64,000 nucleotides of DNA from positions 54,505,885 through 54,569,884 of the forward strand of contig NC_090389.1 of NCBI RefSeq assembly GCF_036365525.1, written 5' to 3'. Source of the DNA: Heterodontus francisci. Lineage: Eukaryota. Made by a program: the position numbers and the translations under genes. The notes beneath the pieces are model-generated. The model made no database searches. It saw nothing but the letters and a program-made list of their open reading frames with translations, and was not told the DNA's origin. Positions 11,555 through 24,292 of this stretch are shown here, piece after piece (position 1 is the stretch's first letter; the number at the start of each line of letters is the position of its first letter).

Positions 11555-12985
11555 TCTGACTACCTGAAAGTGCTGGGGATGTGGTTCGGAAGGGCCGGGG
11601 CGTGCACCAAAACCTGGGAGGAGCGAGTAGTCAAGGTACAACAAAAGTTGAGCATATGGGGGCAGCGATCTCTCTCCATTGTGGGCAAGAACCTGGTCAT
11701 CAGGGGAGAGGCGCTCACGTTGTTGCTGTATGTGGCGCAGGTCTCGCCCATACCCCACTCCTGCTCTGTGGCGGTCACCCGAGCCATTTTCCGCTTCATC
11801 TGGGGATCTAAAATGGACTGGGTCCGGAGTGACCCAATGTTCAAACCTCCAGATAAGGGCGGGAAAAATGTACCCAACATGGCCCTATTCCTGATGACCA
11901 CCTTCGCGTGCGGCTGCATCAAGCTGTGTGTAGAACCTCCAGTACGCAAACTCCAAGTGTCACTACGTGCTGAGGTTCCATCTGTCCCCGGTGTTGCGAA
12001 GGATGGGCCTGGTCACATTGCCGCGGAACGCTCCATGCAGTTGGACAGTGCCATACCACCTATCCTTCGTGGAGCAGTTTCTGCGGGAAAACACCTTTGA
12101 CCACCGATCCATCAGGCAGTGGTCTGCATGGAATGTCCTCAAGGCCCTACGGGAAAAGGAGACGGTGGATCCTGTCGGACGGTTCCCCGAGCAGACCGCC
12201 AAAGTCATTTGGCGCAATGCCTCATCACCAGAACTTTCAAACAAGCACCAAGATGTAGCTTGGCTGGTGGTGAGAAGAGCCCTCCGCGTCAGATCCTTCC
12301 TGCACGCCCGAAGTCTCGCCCCCTCCACGCAATGGCCCTGCAGTGGCTGTGGTGGGGAAGAGACGGTTGCCCACCTCCTCCTGGAATGTGTCTTTGCAAA
12401 GCAGGTGTGGAAAGAGATGCAGTTGTTTTTGTCGAGGTTCATCCCAAGCAGCTCTGTAACACAGGAGTCTGTGCTCTACGGGCTGTTCCCAGGGACGCAC
12501 ACCGAGACAAACATCAACCGCTGCTGGACGACTATCAATTCTGTGAAAGACATCCTTTGGTCTGCCCGAAACTTGCTGGTCTTCCAGCGCAAAGAGTTGT
12601 TCACGACCGAATGTTGCAGACTGGCACATTCCAAGGTCCAGGACTACGTGCTGAGGGACGCACTAAAGCTTGGGGCAGCCGCAACAAAGACTCAATGGGG
12701 AAAGACCACAGTGTAAGGTCCCCCCACCAAGCTGAACGGAGGGCTGGATCCATGGGAAACCCCTCAAACTGTATCGGGAAAATTTTCATTTGCTGTAAAA
12801 TGTAAAAATGTAATTGGCATGACAAATGTGAAATGGAAGGGTTATGAGGCAACTCATGATTATAAGGAAGCAAATGGACCTCCTTTGTACTGTTTGTATT
12901 TTTTGACTTGGTGTTGTTTGAAACTGGTAATGTAATTTTTACAGATTTTTATGAATTAAGTATATTTTGGAAATAAAAACAAAAT
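11555..12985 (+). mobile_element. Tx1-like (L1 clade) LINE, 3' fragment
   Basis: ORFs 11570..12100 and 11967..12716 (YLKVLG, SLSIVGKNLVI, GGKNVPN, C-terminal CxxxC..ETVAHLLLEC zinc motif); AT-rich 3' UTR with A-rich end. Confidence 0.85.
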
Positions 12986-13036
12986 TAATAGAAGTGGCAT
13001 CACTTGTGGTATAATGTCGAGCTATTGCATTCATAC

Positions 13037-13127
13037 CTCTCCGTGCAAATCCTTCAGCGCCGAAACGATTAACTGTTTAAAGTGGGCAGCGTTCAGCCGG
13101 AGCCCAGGGCTCCTTTCCTCAAATTCA
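13037..13127 (-). CDS. RPP14: RPP14 coding exon 2
   Basis: ttttttaaaccag|T GAA...GAG|gtatga; 91 nt; EFEERSPGLRLNAAHFKQLIVSALKDLHGE resembles human EFQDCGVGLNAAQFKQLLISAVKDLFGE. Confidence 0.95.
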
Positions 13128-13218
13128 CTGGTTTAAAAAAAAAGAGAAATTGAAGTGAGTGGTGAGTCGAGCAGGAGGAACTGAGAGAACCGGGGAACCA
13201 GAACATGTTCGCACTCAC

Positions 13219-13310
13219 AGGCCAACCTTCAGGTAGTGATAATCGCAAACATTCCTGGAAACATGCCGTTCATAAGCTGCAACCTCCCGCTGCTCCTCCT
13301 GACGGATCAT
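13219..13310 (-). CDS. RPP14: RPP14 coding exon 1
   Basis: ATG at 13310; MIRQEEQREVAAYERHVSRNVCDYHYLKVG(L) resembles human ATYERVVYKNPSEYHYMKVCL; donor CT|gtgagt; 91-nt intron to exon 2. Confidence 0.92.
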
Positions 13311-13500
13311 GCTAAGAAGCGGTTACAAACAGCCAACAGGAAGCTTCCAGCCGCACGAGCAAACGGCCAGGCTCCGTCATTTCCGGCATTGTAAACGGGG
13401 CAAACGCCTGTCACGTGCTCCCGCTCGCCTCGCTGCTGCGCATGCGCGGACATCCCTGCAGACATTTTTGTCAACGCGCATTTGAAGGGTCTTTGTTTTC
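13311..13500 (-). promoter_or_regulatory. CpG-rich RPP14 promoter/5' region
   Basis: Local CpG enrichment; ETS motif CCGGAAAT(-) 13379-13386, E-box GTCACGTG 13410-13417, NRF1-like TGCGCATGCGCG 13437-13448. Confidence 0.75.
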
Positions 13501-13656
13501 GGTTTGGGAATGTAGATTATATCAAAATGATTGGAGTATCTGTTTCAGCATTGCTTCATACAATAACCATACAAAGATACAGGGCACTCAGTATGGGGAC
13601 AGTTAAAAGCAGCGTGGAGGAGGTCTGGTTGTAACAAGGGGGAAGGAAGTGAACGT

Positions 13657-15770
13657 TAAGAACTAGGAGCAGGAGTAAGCCATTCAGCCCCTCAAGCCTA
13701 CCCCGCCATTCAATAAGATCATGGCTGATCTGTCCCAGTCCTCAACTTCTCATTCGGGTCTGCTCTGCCTAACCCTGGACTCCTTGAGATTTCAAAAATC
13801 TATCTACCTCCTCCTTAAATACATTTAGTGACCTAGCCTCCACAACTCTCTGAGGCTGAGAATTCCAGAGATTCACCACCCTCTGAGAGAAGAAATTCCT
13901 TCGCATCTCAGTTTTAAATGTGTGCCCCCTTATTCTGTAATTAGGTCCCCTAGTTCGAGATTCCCCCACTAGTGGAAACATCTTCTCAACATCTACCCTG
14001 TCGAGCCCCCTTAAAATCTTATGTTTCTATAAGATCACCTCTCATTCTTCTAAACTCCAATGAATAAAGGCCTAACCTGTTTAGCTGTTCTTGATAAGAC
14101 AGCCCCTTCATCCCAGGAATCAGCTTAGTGAACCTTTTCTGAACTGCCTCCAATGCTAGTATATCCTTCTTTAAATATGGGGACCAAAACTGTACGCAGT
14201 ACTCCAGGTGTGGCTTCACCAACACCCTGTACAGTTGTAACAGGACCTCCCTATTTTTAAACTCTAACCCCCTAGCAATAAAGGCCAAAATTCCATTTGC
14301 CTTCCTAAGTACTTGCTGCACCTGCATGCTAACCTTTTGTGTTTCATGCACAATAACACCCAGATCCCTCTGTACTGCAGTATTTTGTAGTCTTTCTCCA
14401 TCTAAATAATAATCTGCCTTTTTATTCTTCTTACCAAAGTGGATGACCTCACACTTTCCCACATTGAAAGCCATCTGCCGAGTTTTTGCCTACTCACATT
14501 ACTTATCTATATCCCTTTGCAGAATCTTTGTGTCCTCATCACAACATGCCTTCCCACCTATTTTTGTATCGTCAGCAAATTTGGATACACTACACTCTGT
14601 CCCTTCCTCTAAGTCATTAATGTAGATAGTAAATAGCTGAGGCCCTAGGACTGATCCTTCATGGGACCCCAATAGTTACGGCTTTCCAACCTGAAAAAGA
14701 CCCATTGATCCCGACTCTTTGCCTTCTGTGTGTTAGCCAATCCCCAATCCATGCCAACACATTACCCCCAATACCCTGAGCTCCTATTTTGTGCAATAAC
14801 TTTTTATGTGGCACCTTGTCAAACGCCTTCTGAAAATCCAAATACACAATATCTACTTGTTCAACTTTATCCACACTGCTTGTTATATCCTCAAAGAGCT
14901 CTAACAAATTTGTCAAACACGATTTCCCTTTCATTAAACCATGTTGACTCCGTTTGATTGCATTATGTTTTTCTAAATGTCCTGCTATTTCTTCCTTAAT
15001 AATCGACTCGAGCATTTTCCCAATAACTGATGTTAAGCTAACTGGTCTATAGTTTCCTGCTTTCTGCCTCCCTCCTTTCTTGAATAGGAATGTCACATTA
15101 GCGGTTTTCCAATCCGCTGATACCGTACCGGAATCCAGTGTTTTTTGGTATATTATGACCAATGCCTCCACTATCTCTGCAGCCACTTCTTTTAAAACCT
15201 TTGGGTGCAGGCCATCAGGTCCTGGTGACTTGTCTGCCTTTAGTCTCGTCAGTTTGTCCAGCACCTTCTCCCTCGTGATAGAGATTGTTACAATTTCCTC
15301 CCTCCCATTTACACCTTGCTCATCTATTATTGTTGGGATGTTTATAGTGTCCTCCACCATGAAGACTGATGCAAAATATTGGTTTAAATTATCTGCCATT
15401 TCCCTGTTCCCTGTTATTAATTCCCCATTCTCATCCTCTAAGGGCCCTACACTTACTTTAGCTACTCTCTCCCTTTTAATATACCCATTGAAGCTCTTAC
15501 TGTTTGTTTTTATATTTCTTGCCAATTTACTCTCATAATCAATTTTCTCCCTCTTTATCAGTTTTTTAGTCATTCGCTGCTGATTTCTAAAAACTTCCCA
15601 ATCCTCTGGCCTACCACTCGTTTTCGCCGCATTGTACGCCTTTGCTTTTGATTTGATACTCTCCTTAACTTCCTTTGTTATCCACGGGTAGTTCATCGTT
15701 CTCTTCGAGTCCTTCCTTCTGACTGGAATAAATGTTTGCTGAGTGTTATGAAATATCTGCTTAAAATATC
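13657..15770 (-). mobile_element. 5'-truncated CR1 LINE (RT region, frameshifted)
   Basis: ORFs 14659..15696, 14019..14474 and 13769..13981 are CR1 ORF2 pieces; 3' UTR toward 13657. Confidence 0.9.
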
Positions 15771-16263
15771 TTATAAACTAATCACTACGAATGTTTCAGT
15801 AGATTTAGATTGTTGATACTTCTGGCCTCATTTTTCATGATAATATTGACTAGACCATGCAATTCTCTGTTTGTTATCTCCAGGACTCTGTGTGGCTTCA
15901 TAACTGTTTCCATCCCCCAATAATCCCTCACTATCATCGTGTCCCCGACCCTTTCACTTTTCACTACCCCTAAAGCTGCATCTGCCAAGTCATTATGATG
16001 TCACTTCCCACTCACACCTCCATGTTCTCCCCACTCTCCCCTCACCGCCAATTCCTTCCAGCTCAATTATAAATCTTTATTCCCCTCTCCTTCCCCACAC
16101 CAGCCTAATTGCAATCCCACATCCCTATCTCCCTCATCTTTTTCACTCTGCCTCCCCATCCCCACTCTCCTGCCCCCCAACAAGCAGCATGATACTGAAA
16201 CACTGCAGTTTCCTAGCTTACTGCTGGAAAAATTGTAGTTTTTTTAAAGTGCTATAGAATAAA

Positions 16264-16600
16264 GGGCGGCACAATGGCACAGTGGTTAGCACCGCAGCCT
16301 CACAGCTCCAGCGACCCGGGTTCAATTCTGGGCACTGCCTGTGTGGAGTTTGCAAGTTCTCCCTGTGTCTGCGTGGTTTTCGCCGGGTACTCCGGTTTCC
16401 TCCCACCATAGGTAAATTGGCTATTATAAATTGCCCCTAGTATAGGTAGGTGGTAAGGGAATATAGGGACACGTGGGGATGCGGTAGGAATATGGGATTA
16501 GTGTAGGGTTAATATAACTGGGGTTGATGGTCGGCACAGACTCGGTGGGCCGAAGGGCCTGTTTCAGTGCTGTATCTCTAAATAAAAAAAATAAAAAATA
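16264..16600 (+). mobile_element. HE1/V-SINE-like tRNA-derived SINE
   Basis: A box TGGCACAGTGG, B box GGTTCAATTC, V-core GTGTGGAGTTTGCAAGTTCTCCC, CR1-like tail GGGCCGAAGGGCCTGT, poly-A. Confidence 0.88.
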
Positions 16601-17244
16601 CCATAAGTATAACAAATTGCTACCTTAATGATAGAAAACTGGCAAGGGAGGAGTGTGCTGGGACACTGGAAGTTGACAGAGGCATTATGTGGAATAGACA
16701 GGATGAATATGCAGAATTGGGTCGGGATTTCCAGGTGGTTGAACAAGCAACTACTAATGTTGGAACGGAGAATACAAGGGAAGAGAAGTTGTTCGAGGAG
16801 CAGAAGGTGTGTTTAGAGTCATTTAGATAAGGTAAGACAAATGGCTCATGAACTGATTTGAAGCCAAGCATAGGAATTTTGACATTAAAGCATTGTGATG
16901 CTGGCATAGGGTCTGACCAATTTCAACTAAAAATGACAAGGTCCCATGATAGTGCTCGTGGCATTTTCTGACATTTGTTAAAATCCTTCCTTCCATTTCT
17001 GAAATATAAATAGCAAAGTACATTGTTCTTGGTAATGCCTACTGTTTAACATGTACTCAGTTAGAGAAACTCACCAAGAATATTTAAGAAATATCAATAG
17101 CATCAGTATAATGTATTTCCATTCTGGGCCAGGCAAGAAGAGGTTACTGAAAAAAAAAGCTTGAAGAATTGTTTCCTACTGAACTTATCTGTCATCTCCT
17201 TTGCCTTTACAATTAAGATGTGCTACTTAATTACTTAAATTATT

Positions 17245-17380
17245 TTTGCCAGTATTTATTGCCCATATCTAGTTACCGTGAGGGCATTAAGTCAACCATG
17301 TCGTGTGGGACTGGAGTCACATGTAGGGTAGACTGGATTGGTTCCATTCCCTGAAGGACATTAATGAACCTGTAGCAGTG
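17245..17380 (-). mobile_element. Fragment of the SINE family seen at 3400
   Basis: Reverse-complement similarity to 3565-3660 and to the family B tail. Confidence 0.5.
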
Positions 17381-18108
17381 CTGTAAGAGAATTGGTAAAC
17401 TAGCAAAAAGCATATTATACTCAATTTTAGAAATATTTTGGCTGCAGAACTGTAAATCAAAATAGACTATCCCCCAGAGACCTGCCTCATTTACCAACTT
17501 TCAGAGCAAATCGGATCTGCTAGGATGTTAAGCATGATCCTTTGTTGAGACAGAACGCACAGTGGTCCTTCAAAGACCCAATACAATAACAAATTAAACT
17601 TTAAAAATATGGGAGCAATGGTCCAATATTAGCTCCAATGTCAGGTTACACAAAATGGTGGAATGCCACTTCACACCTGTGATTCTCTACATACCAAGAT
17701 CTCTCAATGTTGGGGGAAGTACTGAGTAAAGGCGAACAAGGTACTTCCCATTGAGATGGAGGGAACATTGGGGCACCTGAAATTGGGTTACTCTGGTATG
17801 TCCTCTAATGATTGAATCAATAGTGCCATTGTTGAAGGTTTGGAACAAACTGTCTGCCTACTGTCTCTACTTGGGAGTTTATGTGGTGTGGAAAGCTCAG
17901 AAAAGGAGAAAATAAATACTGTAAAGGCAGGGAAAGAAAAAGCAAACTCATCTCCTGTTCCCTGATTGGCTAGCGTGCCTTCTGTTGGTGGTCCTTAAAA
18001 CAAAAAGTATCGTAAAGCAAACCAAGTTCAGCTACCCACAATAAAGAGACAAAAAGCAAGATGAGAAAAGGATAAGAATTGTATTTACTTATTATTCAGA
18101 AACACAGT

Positions 18109-18842
18109 TGCCTGGATTTTGTGGTTGTAATGATGGGAAAACTGTCAACCTTTGCTGCCATTACCCCGTGAAACAGAACAACTTCTGAAGTTTGCACAAG
18201 TGCAGTTAAATGATGAACTCCAGAAGTTGGTCAGTGATTCCACACTACTCCGTTGGGTGCACTGTTTAAGTCCTCAAAGATGGAAATCACTTGAATTGAC
18301 GTGAACTTCCACTTTTCACGCTATTAGTATCACTGTAAAACGTTATGCTTTGTTGAATGAGGTTTAACTGGATTTTTAATGAATTAAATAAATTTACATC
18401 ACAATTATTGCTGAACAACCCCTCTGGCCCTGAAAAACTAATTTTATGTTTGTGAAATGTCAATTTTCTCCATTATAATTAAAATTCCATAAATTTTGAA
18501 AAATTAAATATTTTTAAAATTTATATTTCAACTTGTACCTTAATTCTATGTGTGTCCCAATCTTTATTTTGCTCTCTGTAAAATGATTAAAAAAGTGAAA
18601 GGATAATCAGTGCTTTTCATTTCTTGATTTGCTGTGAGAATTTTTCAATGTAATTGGCTGCTTAGCCTGCTTGATGGCTTCACTGTTGCTGGATGCCAGA
18701 GTTCCCTATAGCTGCCACCAGAATTAAATTAATGTTGGAAAGGTGAAATCCACAACACAGAGATTGCTAGATCTTTGTGGGCAGCTTTCTTTGGAGTCAG
18801 TGGCGACAGCTGTCACTACGCCACTGACTGCAAAATCCAGAC
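18109..18842. mobile_element. Non-autonomous TIR element, probably Harbinger-related
   Basis: Ends GCCTGGATTTTGTGGT and ACTGCAAAATCCAGACC are inverted; the left end resembles the Harbinger end at about 61323. Confidence 0.55.
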
Positions 18843-20287
18843 CAGCGCTATTGACTTTTAGCTTGAAAAAACAAGTTGCATTATTGTCAGTGATTATATT
18901 CTGGGAATAATTTTTTTTTAATGTCAGACTCAATTCTAGATAATTTTATTGACTGATAAATTATGTGCCTTCACTTTTATTACAATGTGAAGAATACAAA
19001 ACTAAGTTGAGCAGGGTTCAACCAAGGATTTTAGAAAAATGTCCCAATTCATATCATTCACTCAGTAGAGGGCACAAAAAGATAAATTCAAAACTCCCAT
19101 GGCTATTAACATATCAAAATCAAGGGGTTCATACAAACATAGAAACAAACATAATTGATAGGCAGGAAAATAGCAATTTGTCTATCAGAACATTACAACT
19201 ATTACAACTGAGAATATAGATATTGAAACATTGTAAAGTCTTAAGATGTGGGAAAGGTCAGCTTTAATTTTGGTAAAAGCACAATACCATAGGTGTTTCA
19301 ATAATTATTTATTTTGTATACACCAAAAGGGAATACAAATGCATTGATCCACCTTTAAAATGTAGATCCCCCTTCTATTTGTGCTCAGAGTGACTTGAAG
19401 CTGATTTCATTCAGAACTTGTACCATCTTATTCTCATACTGGATACCTGCATTTGAAGATTACAGGCTGTATAAGATTGGTTCCCTTTAAAATATGCAGA
19501 GATCAAGGTAATGCCAGAAAATTCTTGGCACCTTGATAGCATTAATCATTGCTCAGACGGTCCTTGTGTGATCATACCAAGTAGTGAATTTACACTCAGG
19601 TAATATAGCACAAAGGCCACCTCACTGGAAGGTTTTCATATTGGTAGAAATTTGAAGTAATTGTTTTACGTGAAAAAGTTAGTACTTCTAAATTGCAGAA
19701 ATGAGAATATCATATAAAGTGAATTATATGTCTCTCAGAAGATGGTTATTAATATTTGATTCTTCTGTGCTTTGTTGTGTAATTTTCTATGACAAATTAT
19801 TAAACACCTTTTCAGTATCAGTTTTAAGAGGTTGCACATCCAAGCAGTAATTTTTTTTGTGCATTAAAACTTATTAGAAATTAGCAATATGCCTAGTGTG
19901 TGTATATATAAGCACACACACACACATCGAGTGTTCTTGCCCAATTTCTAACCCTGAGAAGAAAAGAAAAAGAAGAATAAAGAGAGCTGTCTGTGTATGC
20001 CTGCTTTCCTGCCCGGCCTGGACCGTTACTTGTCACAGTCATATGTCTTTGCTGTATAAGTAGTGTGCTATATTTCGTCTTAAACTCTGATTAAACTCAA
20101 CATACCCAATATATTGATTGCAGTCGATCCTGATTGATTAGGTAATTCATATCAACAAATCGACAGCTTTAAAACTAACAAACTGAAGTCAGTTTAGGAA
20201 TATATTCAGCAAGATTAAGAAGCTGTATTACAGTATGCTTGTAAAGTTTACTTGGGTTTACATAGTAGTGGTAAGAGATGCCATTAA

Positions 20288-20438
20288 TTTCTGTGGGATT
20301 TTCCCAATTGTCTGCCATAACCTCAGTGGAAGATCTGTGGAAACCCAAAGAAATACCTTGTACGGCTGTTTCTTCTGGGTTTCCACGGGTCTTGCACTGA
20401 AGTTATGGTGGACGATCAGGAGAACTTTAGCAGAAATT
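20288..20438. repeat. Palindromic MITE-like inverted repeat (about 150 bp)
   Basis: Arms ATAACCTCAGTG..TGTGGAAACCC and GGGTTTCCACG..CACTGAAGTTAT. Confidence 0.7.
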
Positions 20439-21104
20439 CAATCCTTTTTTTATTTAGGTAGTAATATCTGGTGATCTATTTATTAGTTCTGTCTAAAGAT
20501 CTACGTCTTAGATTTCTGAGAATCCATGAGAATGTTTGTCTTAATTATAGGCCTCATACAGTGGCTCTGTATAAAGGCTTGCATGCCTTGGTACAGAGCT
20601 TGGGTTCCTGTGTGCTTTCTGGAATTGTACAAATTAATAAAGTTATTCCCAGCACAGTTGCACTGGTGGGAATGTGCATAAATTATGATGATGTCACCAC
20701 ACTGGACATCCCTTGCCACAAAAAGCCATTCGCTTGCCCTTGTGACCACTCTAAAAATAGATTGGTCCATCCAAATGTGAAACATATGACTTTAAAATGT
20801 ACATCTTAAAATAAACAAAAATAAAGCTTGTATCTTTTCGAGTGTTCTAAAATCTATGCAAGTATTTCATAATTTATATTTTAAGAAGTAATAGCATGCA
20901 ACTCAACTTTCAGAATCCAATTATAGGAACTACTTGCCAGTTATCAATATCCCAACATTGTACAAAATACTGTCTCGATTCAACATGTTTGTGCATACTT
21001 GGGGCATTGTCTGCTAAAGTGACCCTGAATAAGGGATAGAGCTGCTTTTACACGTGTTGTATTTCATCCAATTGTGGGCTTTCAATTAGGGCCCAAAATG
21101 AAAT

Positions 21105-21310
21105 AACAACAGGAAAAGCTGGAAATACTCAGCAGGTCAGGCAGCATCTGTGGAGAGAAAAGCAGTCAACGTTTCAGTTTGATGACATTTCTTCATCACC
21201 TGAAATGTTAACTCTGTTTCTCTCTCCACAGATGCTGCCTGACTTGCTGAGCACTTCCAGCATTGTTTTTATCTCAGATGTCCAGATTCTGTGTTATTTT
21301 GCTTTTGTAT
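21105..21310. repeat. Inverted pair of Penelope terminal sequences
   Basis: CTCAGCAGGTCAGGCAGCATCTGTGGAGAG and CTCTCCACAGATGCTGCCTGACTTGCTGAG; same unit as 54795-54835 and 61145-61278. Confidence 0.7.
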
Positions 21311-24292
21311 TAGAGCCCAAAATTAAACTTGGCTCACAAATCATATATAGAAATCCAAAGCCAATTCTGAAGATCAGGAATAATTTAGATTTCTGCTGAT
21401 GTATACAATAAGGGAAGCTGTTGTTGTCTTGCATTCCCACCCAGTAATTGTATTTTAACAATTTACAGCTATTTTCAGCTGAGCTAGTATTCAACTATGC
21501 TGGATGAACTGGTCAGCTGCCCTGTTGTGAGAAGTCAACATATAGATTTCATTTCTATTGATGATGAATGGGGGTAAAAAGTCTAACATCTCTCTTACTA
21601 ATCCCTACCATAAAAGGGCACCAGAGGCCTTGGACAAGGTGATCATTCAACATCGACCCATTCTTCCTTTTGGAACAGGATTACCAGGGACTAAGGATAC
21701 TTGCAATGGAATGAAAAAAGTGTGCAAGTCATGAATCCATTATAGAGAGCAACAACATTGATCACAAGATATTTGTTCCATCAGTTTTTATTTTTGTCCC
21801 ATAACATGCATATTTAAGATTCTTACTATACATTAATCTTTATTGGATGTAGTCAACCTTTTGTACTCATGTATCTAGATAATACAAATGTTGGTCAGGG
21901 GAACTAAAACACTTGCTAGCAACTGCAACATGTATTGAATTATTAGGTTGTAATAATGACTAAGTTTTTCAAAGAAACCACATTCATCAAATCTGCTCTT
22001 GTGAAAAAGAATCAATTATTTCCCCATAAGATTACTCCAGCAGGCAAGGTGATTTTCTTGAATGAGTCTAATGGATTTCTTTTCAGTTGTACCTTTGTCT
22101 TACAAATCTACAATAAACAGAATAGAGTCTACTTAATAGTACCTTAAGTTCTTCACTTATATGGCCAATTACCATTTATTTATGCTACATCGTTTTAATA
22201 TTTTCAGGCAGAAAAATGTTTAAAAGTGAAGGATCAAATTTTGCACTGAGAAAGATAAACAATAAATAAAACAAAGAAAATTAACTTGCAAACACATTAT
22301 AGGTAGTATTACGCATACCCAGGTTAAGCAGAACTTTGAAAACACAAAACTCCCCCAATTCATCCAACTAAGTACATTAGCTCCAGAAAATCATTCCCTT
22401 AGGATACATTCTTTTCTGTGACTGTACATCCTCGTGGACTGTAAGTGAACCTGCCCATTGTGTTGCAAAGTCATATTACTGATCAATGAACTAAGCCTAC
22501 TTCAACTCATTACAGTTAGACCCTTTAACAGCGAGAGCTAAAGAGAAAGGAAACTATTTTTTCTGACAGTTTTGTATTCAACCCTTGCTCAGAGAGATGA
22601 AGAGATATTGCCAAATCCAATCCTGCAAAACAATACCAAAATTAACATATTTACAATACTTTAAGTAAAAGATAGATTTCATGGAAAAACCTTGATCTTA
22701 AAATATCCACCAACAAACGTATTTCAGTCTCAGACATAAATAACAGTATCCACAGTAAACTACACTTCCTCCCATTGGACGCACATCACTGTCATTCCTA
22801 CTGCTTCATCCAGGATTCAGTATAATCCATGTCATCAAGTGCTGACCAGAGGCATGCTCATAATGGAGCATGATGGGTACTGCTACTTTAACCTCTCTTT
22901 GGAGATGCAACACTCCACAGTCATAATCCAAGAGTTAGTGCAACTTGCCAAATGACTGTAGACAAACTCAAATGACAGTGAAGAGTACAATTAAAATGCA
23001 TGTGTTCCCTTCCCAACCCCAATGGGATTCCAGCACTTGACTGTTAGAACAAGTGAACTTATTTCACAATTTTAAAAAACCGAAGACTGTCTATCATTTG
23101 TATATTTATGCATTACAAATATTTCATTATGTAATCATTACAATAGCAATAGAATTCACAGAATTCATAATTCATTGATAGAATATAGAGATAATAACCA
23201 GGGCATCTTATTCATTTCTGAAAACAGCGATAGCCTTTTTGTGCATTGATCTACAGTCATCTCAGTTGAGCTGAATAACAGGGTGGGGGGAAAGTCTTGA
23301 CAATGAACTAAAGCAGATCCACTTTGATAAAGCAGCAACTTACTTATTGGTAATATACTTTAAAGATTTATATGTAAGATTAAAATTGATTCAAATCTTC
23401 TATTCTTGAAGATATATCTTGAGTGAATTTTTTGCTGTTGTTTAATCCACTTAATGAAGTCTCATTAACTGGTACTGATTTATTTTTAAGATATTAAATT
23501 GAAACAATGTGTTTCACTTCAAATAAATGTTCCAAAGTTAATATTTCTTATTTATTTCACACCTTCTGTTATCTCTGTTAAAGCAGATGATATTGTGAAG
23601 AATTATGTTCACAATTTTGAACAAGATATTATTGTGACTTTTACCAATTGTTTTATCGAGGAATATGTTACAACAGTACATTGTTACTACCAAATAGCCA
23701 CACAAATGCAATTCTCTATCAAAACTACAAGAAAATCTCCAGGAAACAGAATTGATAGCAAATATACCCTCCCTGCAACATCATTGCTGAAAGAGTTACT
23801 ACTAACCATATAAGCTTTGAAACCAATACAGATTTAAAAGTAAGGACCGAGCAGACAAAAAGAACAAATTAATAATTTTAACACCTAAAATTAAAATACA
23901 CATTTAATAAATTATGGCAATGATTTGTTTTAATAAACTGGCCTTGAACTGAAAAATGGGAACATATTGCATTGTTTTGCCATTAAATGTCAAAACAAAA
24001 ATTGCTAAAATGAAGATTTGTCATGGTGTGGGAAATCTGGTAAAGAACAGTGCTTTTCTGTGATTTATGTTACTCTTTATGTACTGCATGCTTTTATTTG
24101 CTGGCAATGTTCTGTGACTTTCAAAATCTTGGTTATGTAATTTTAAAGCACCAGCAAACATTTTTAACTAATGCTCATAATAGATATAATTGGGGCATCA
24201 GCATTCAGTTCAGTCATATTGTCTCCTGGGGAATTATTACAGCATCATATTTTATTTGAAATCCAAAGCAATACAGCTTTCATTTATAAATG

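Noticed and set aside
16264-16340. tRNA-like A and B boxes
   Set aside because: This is a SINE head, not a tRNA gene; it continues into the V-core and LINE tail.
20501-20805. 94-aa minus-strand ORF with acceptor-like sequences, a possible extra exon
   Set aside because: No recognisable homology, and ABHD6 already terminates at 24293.
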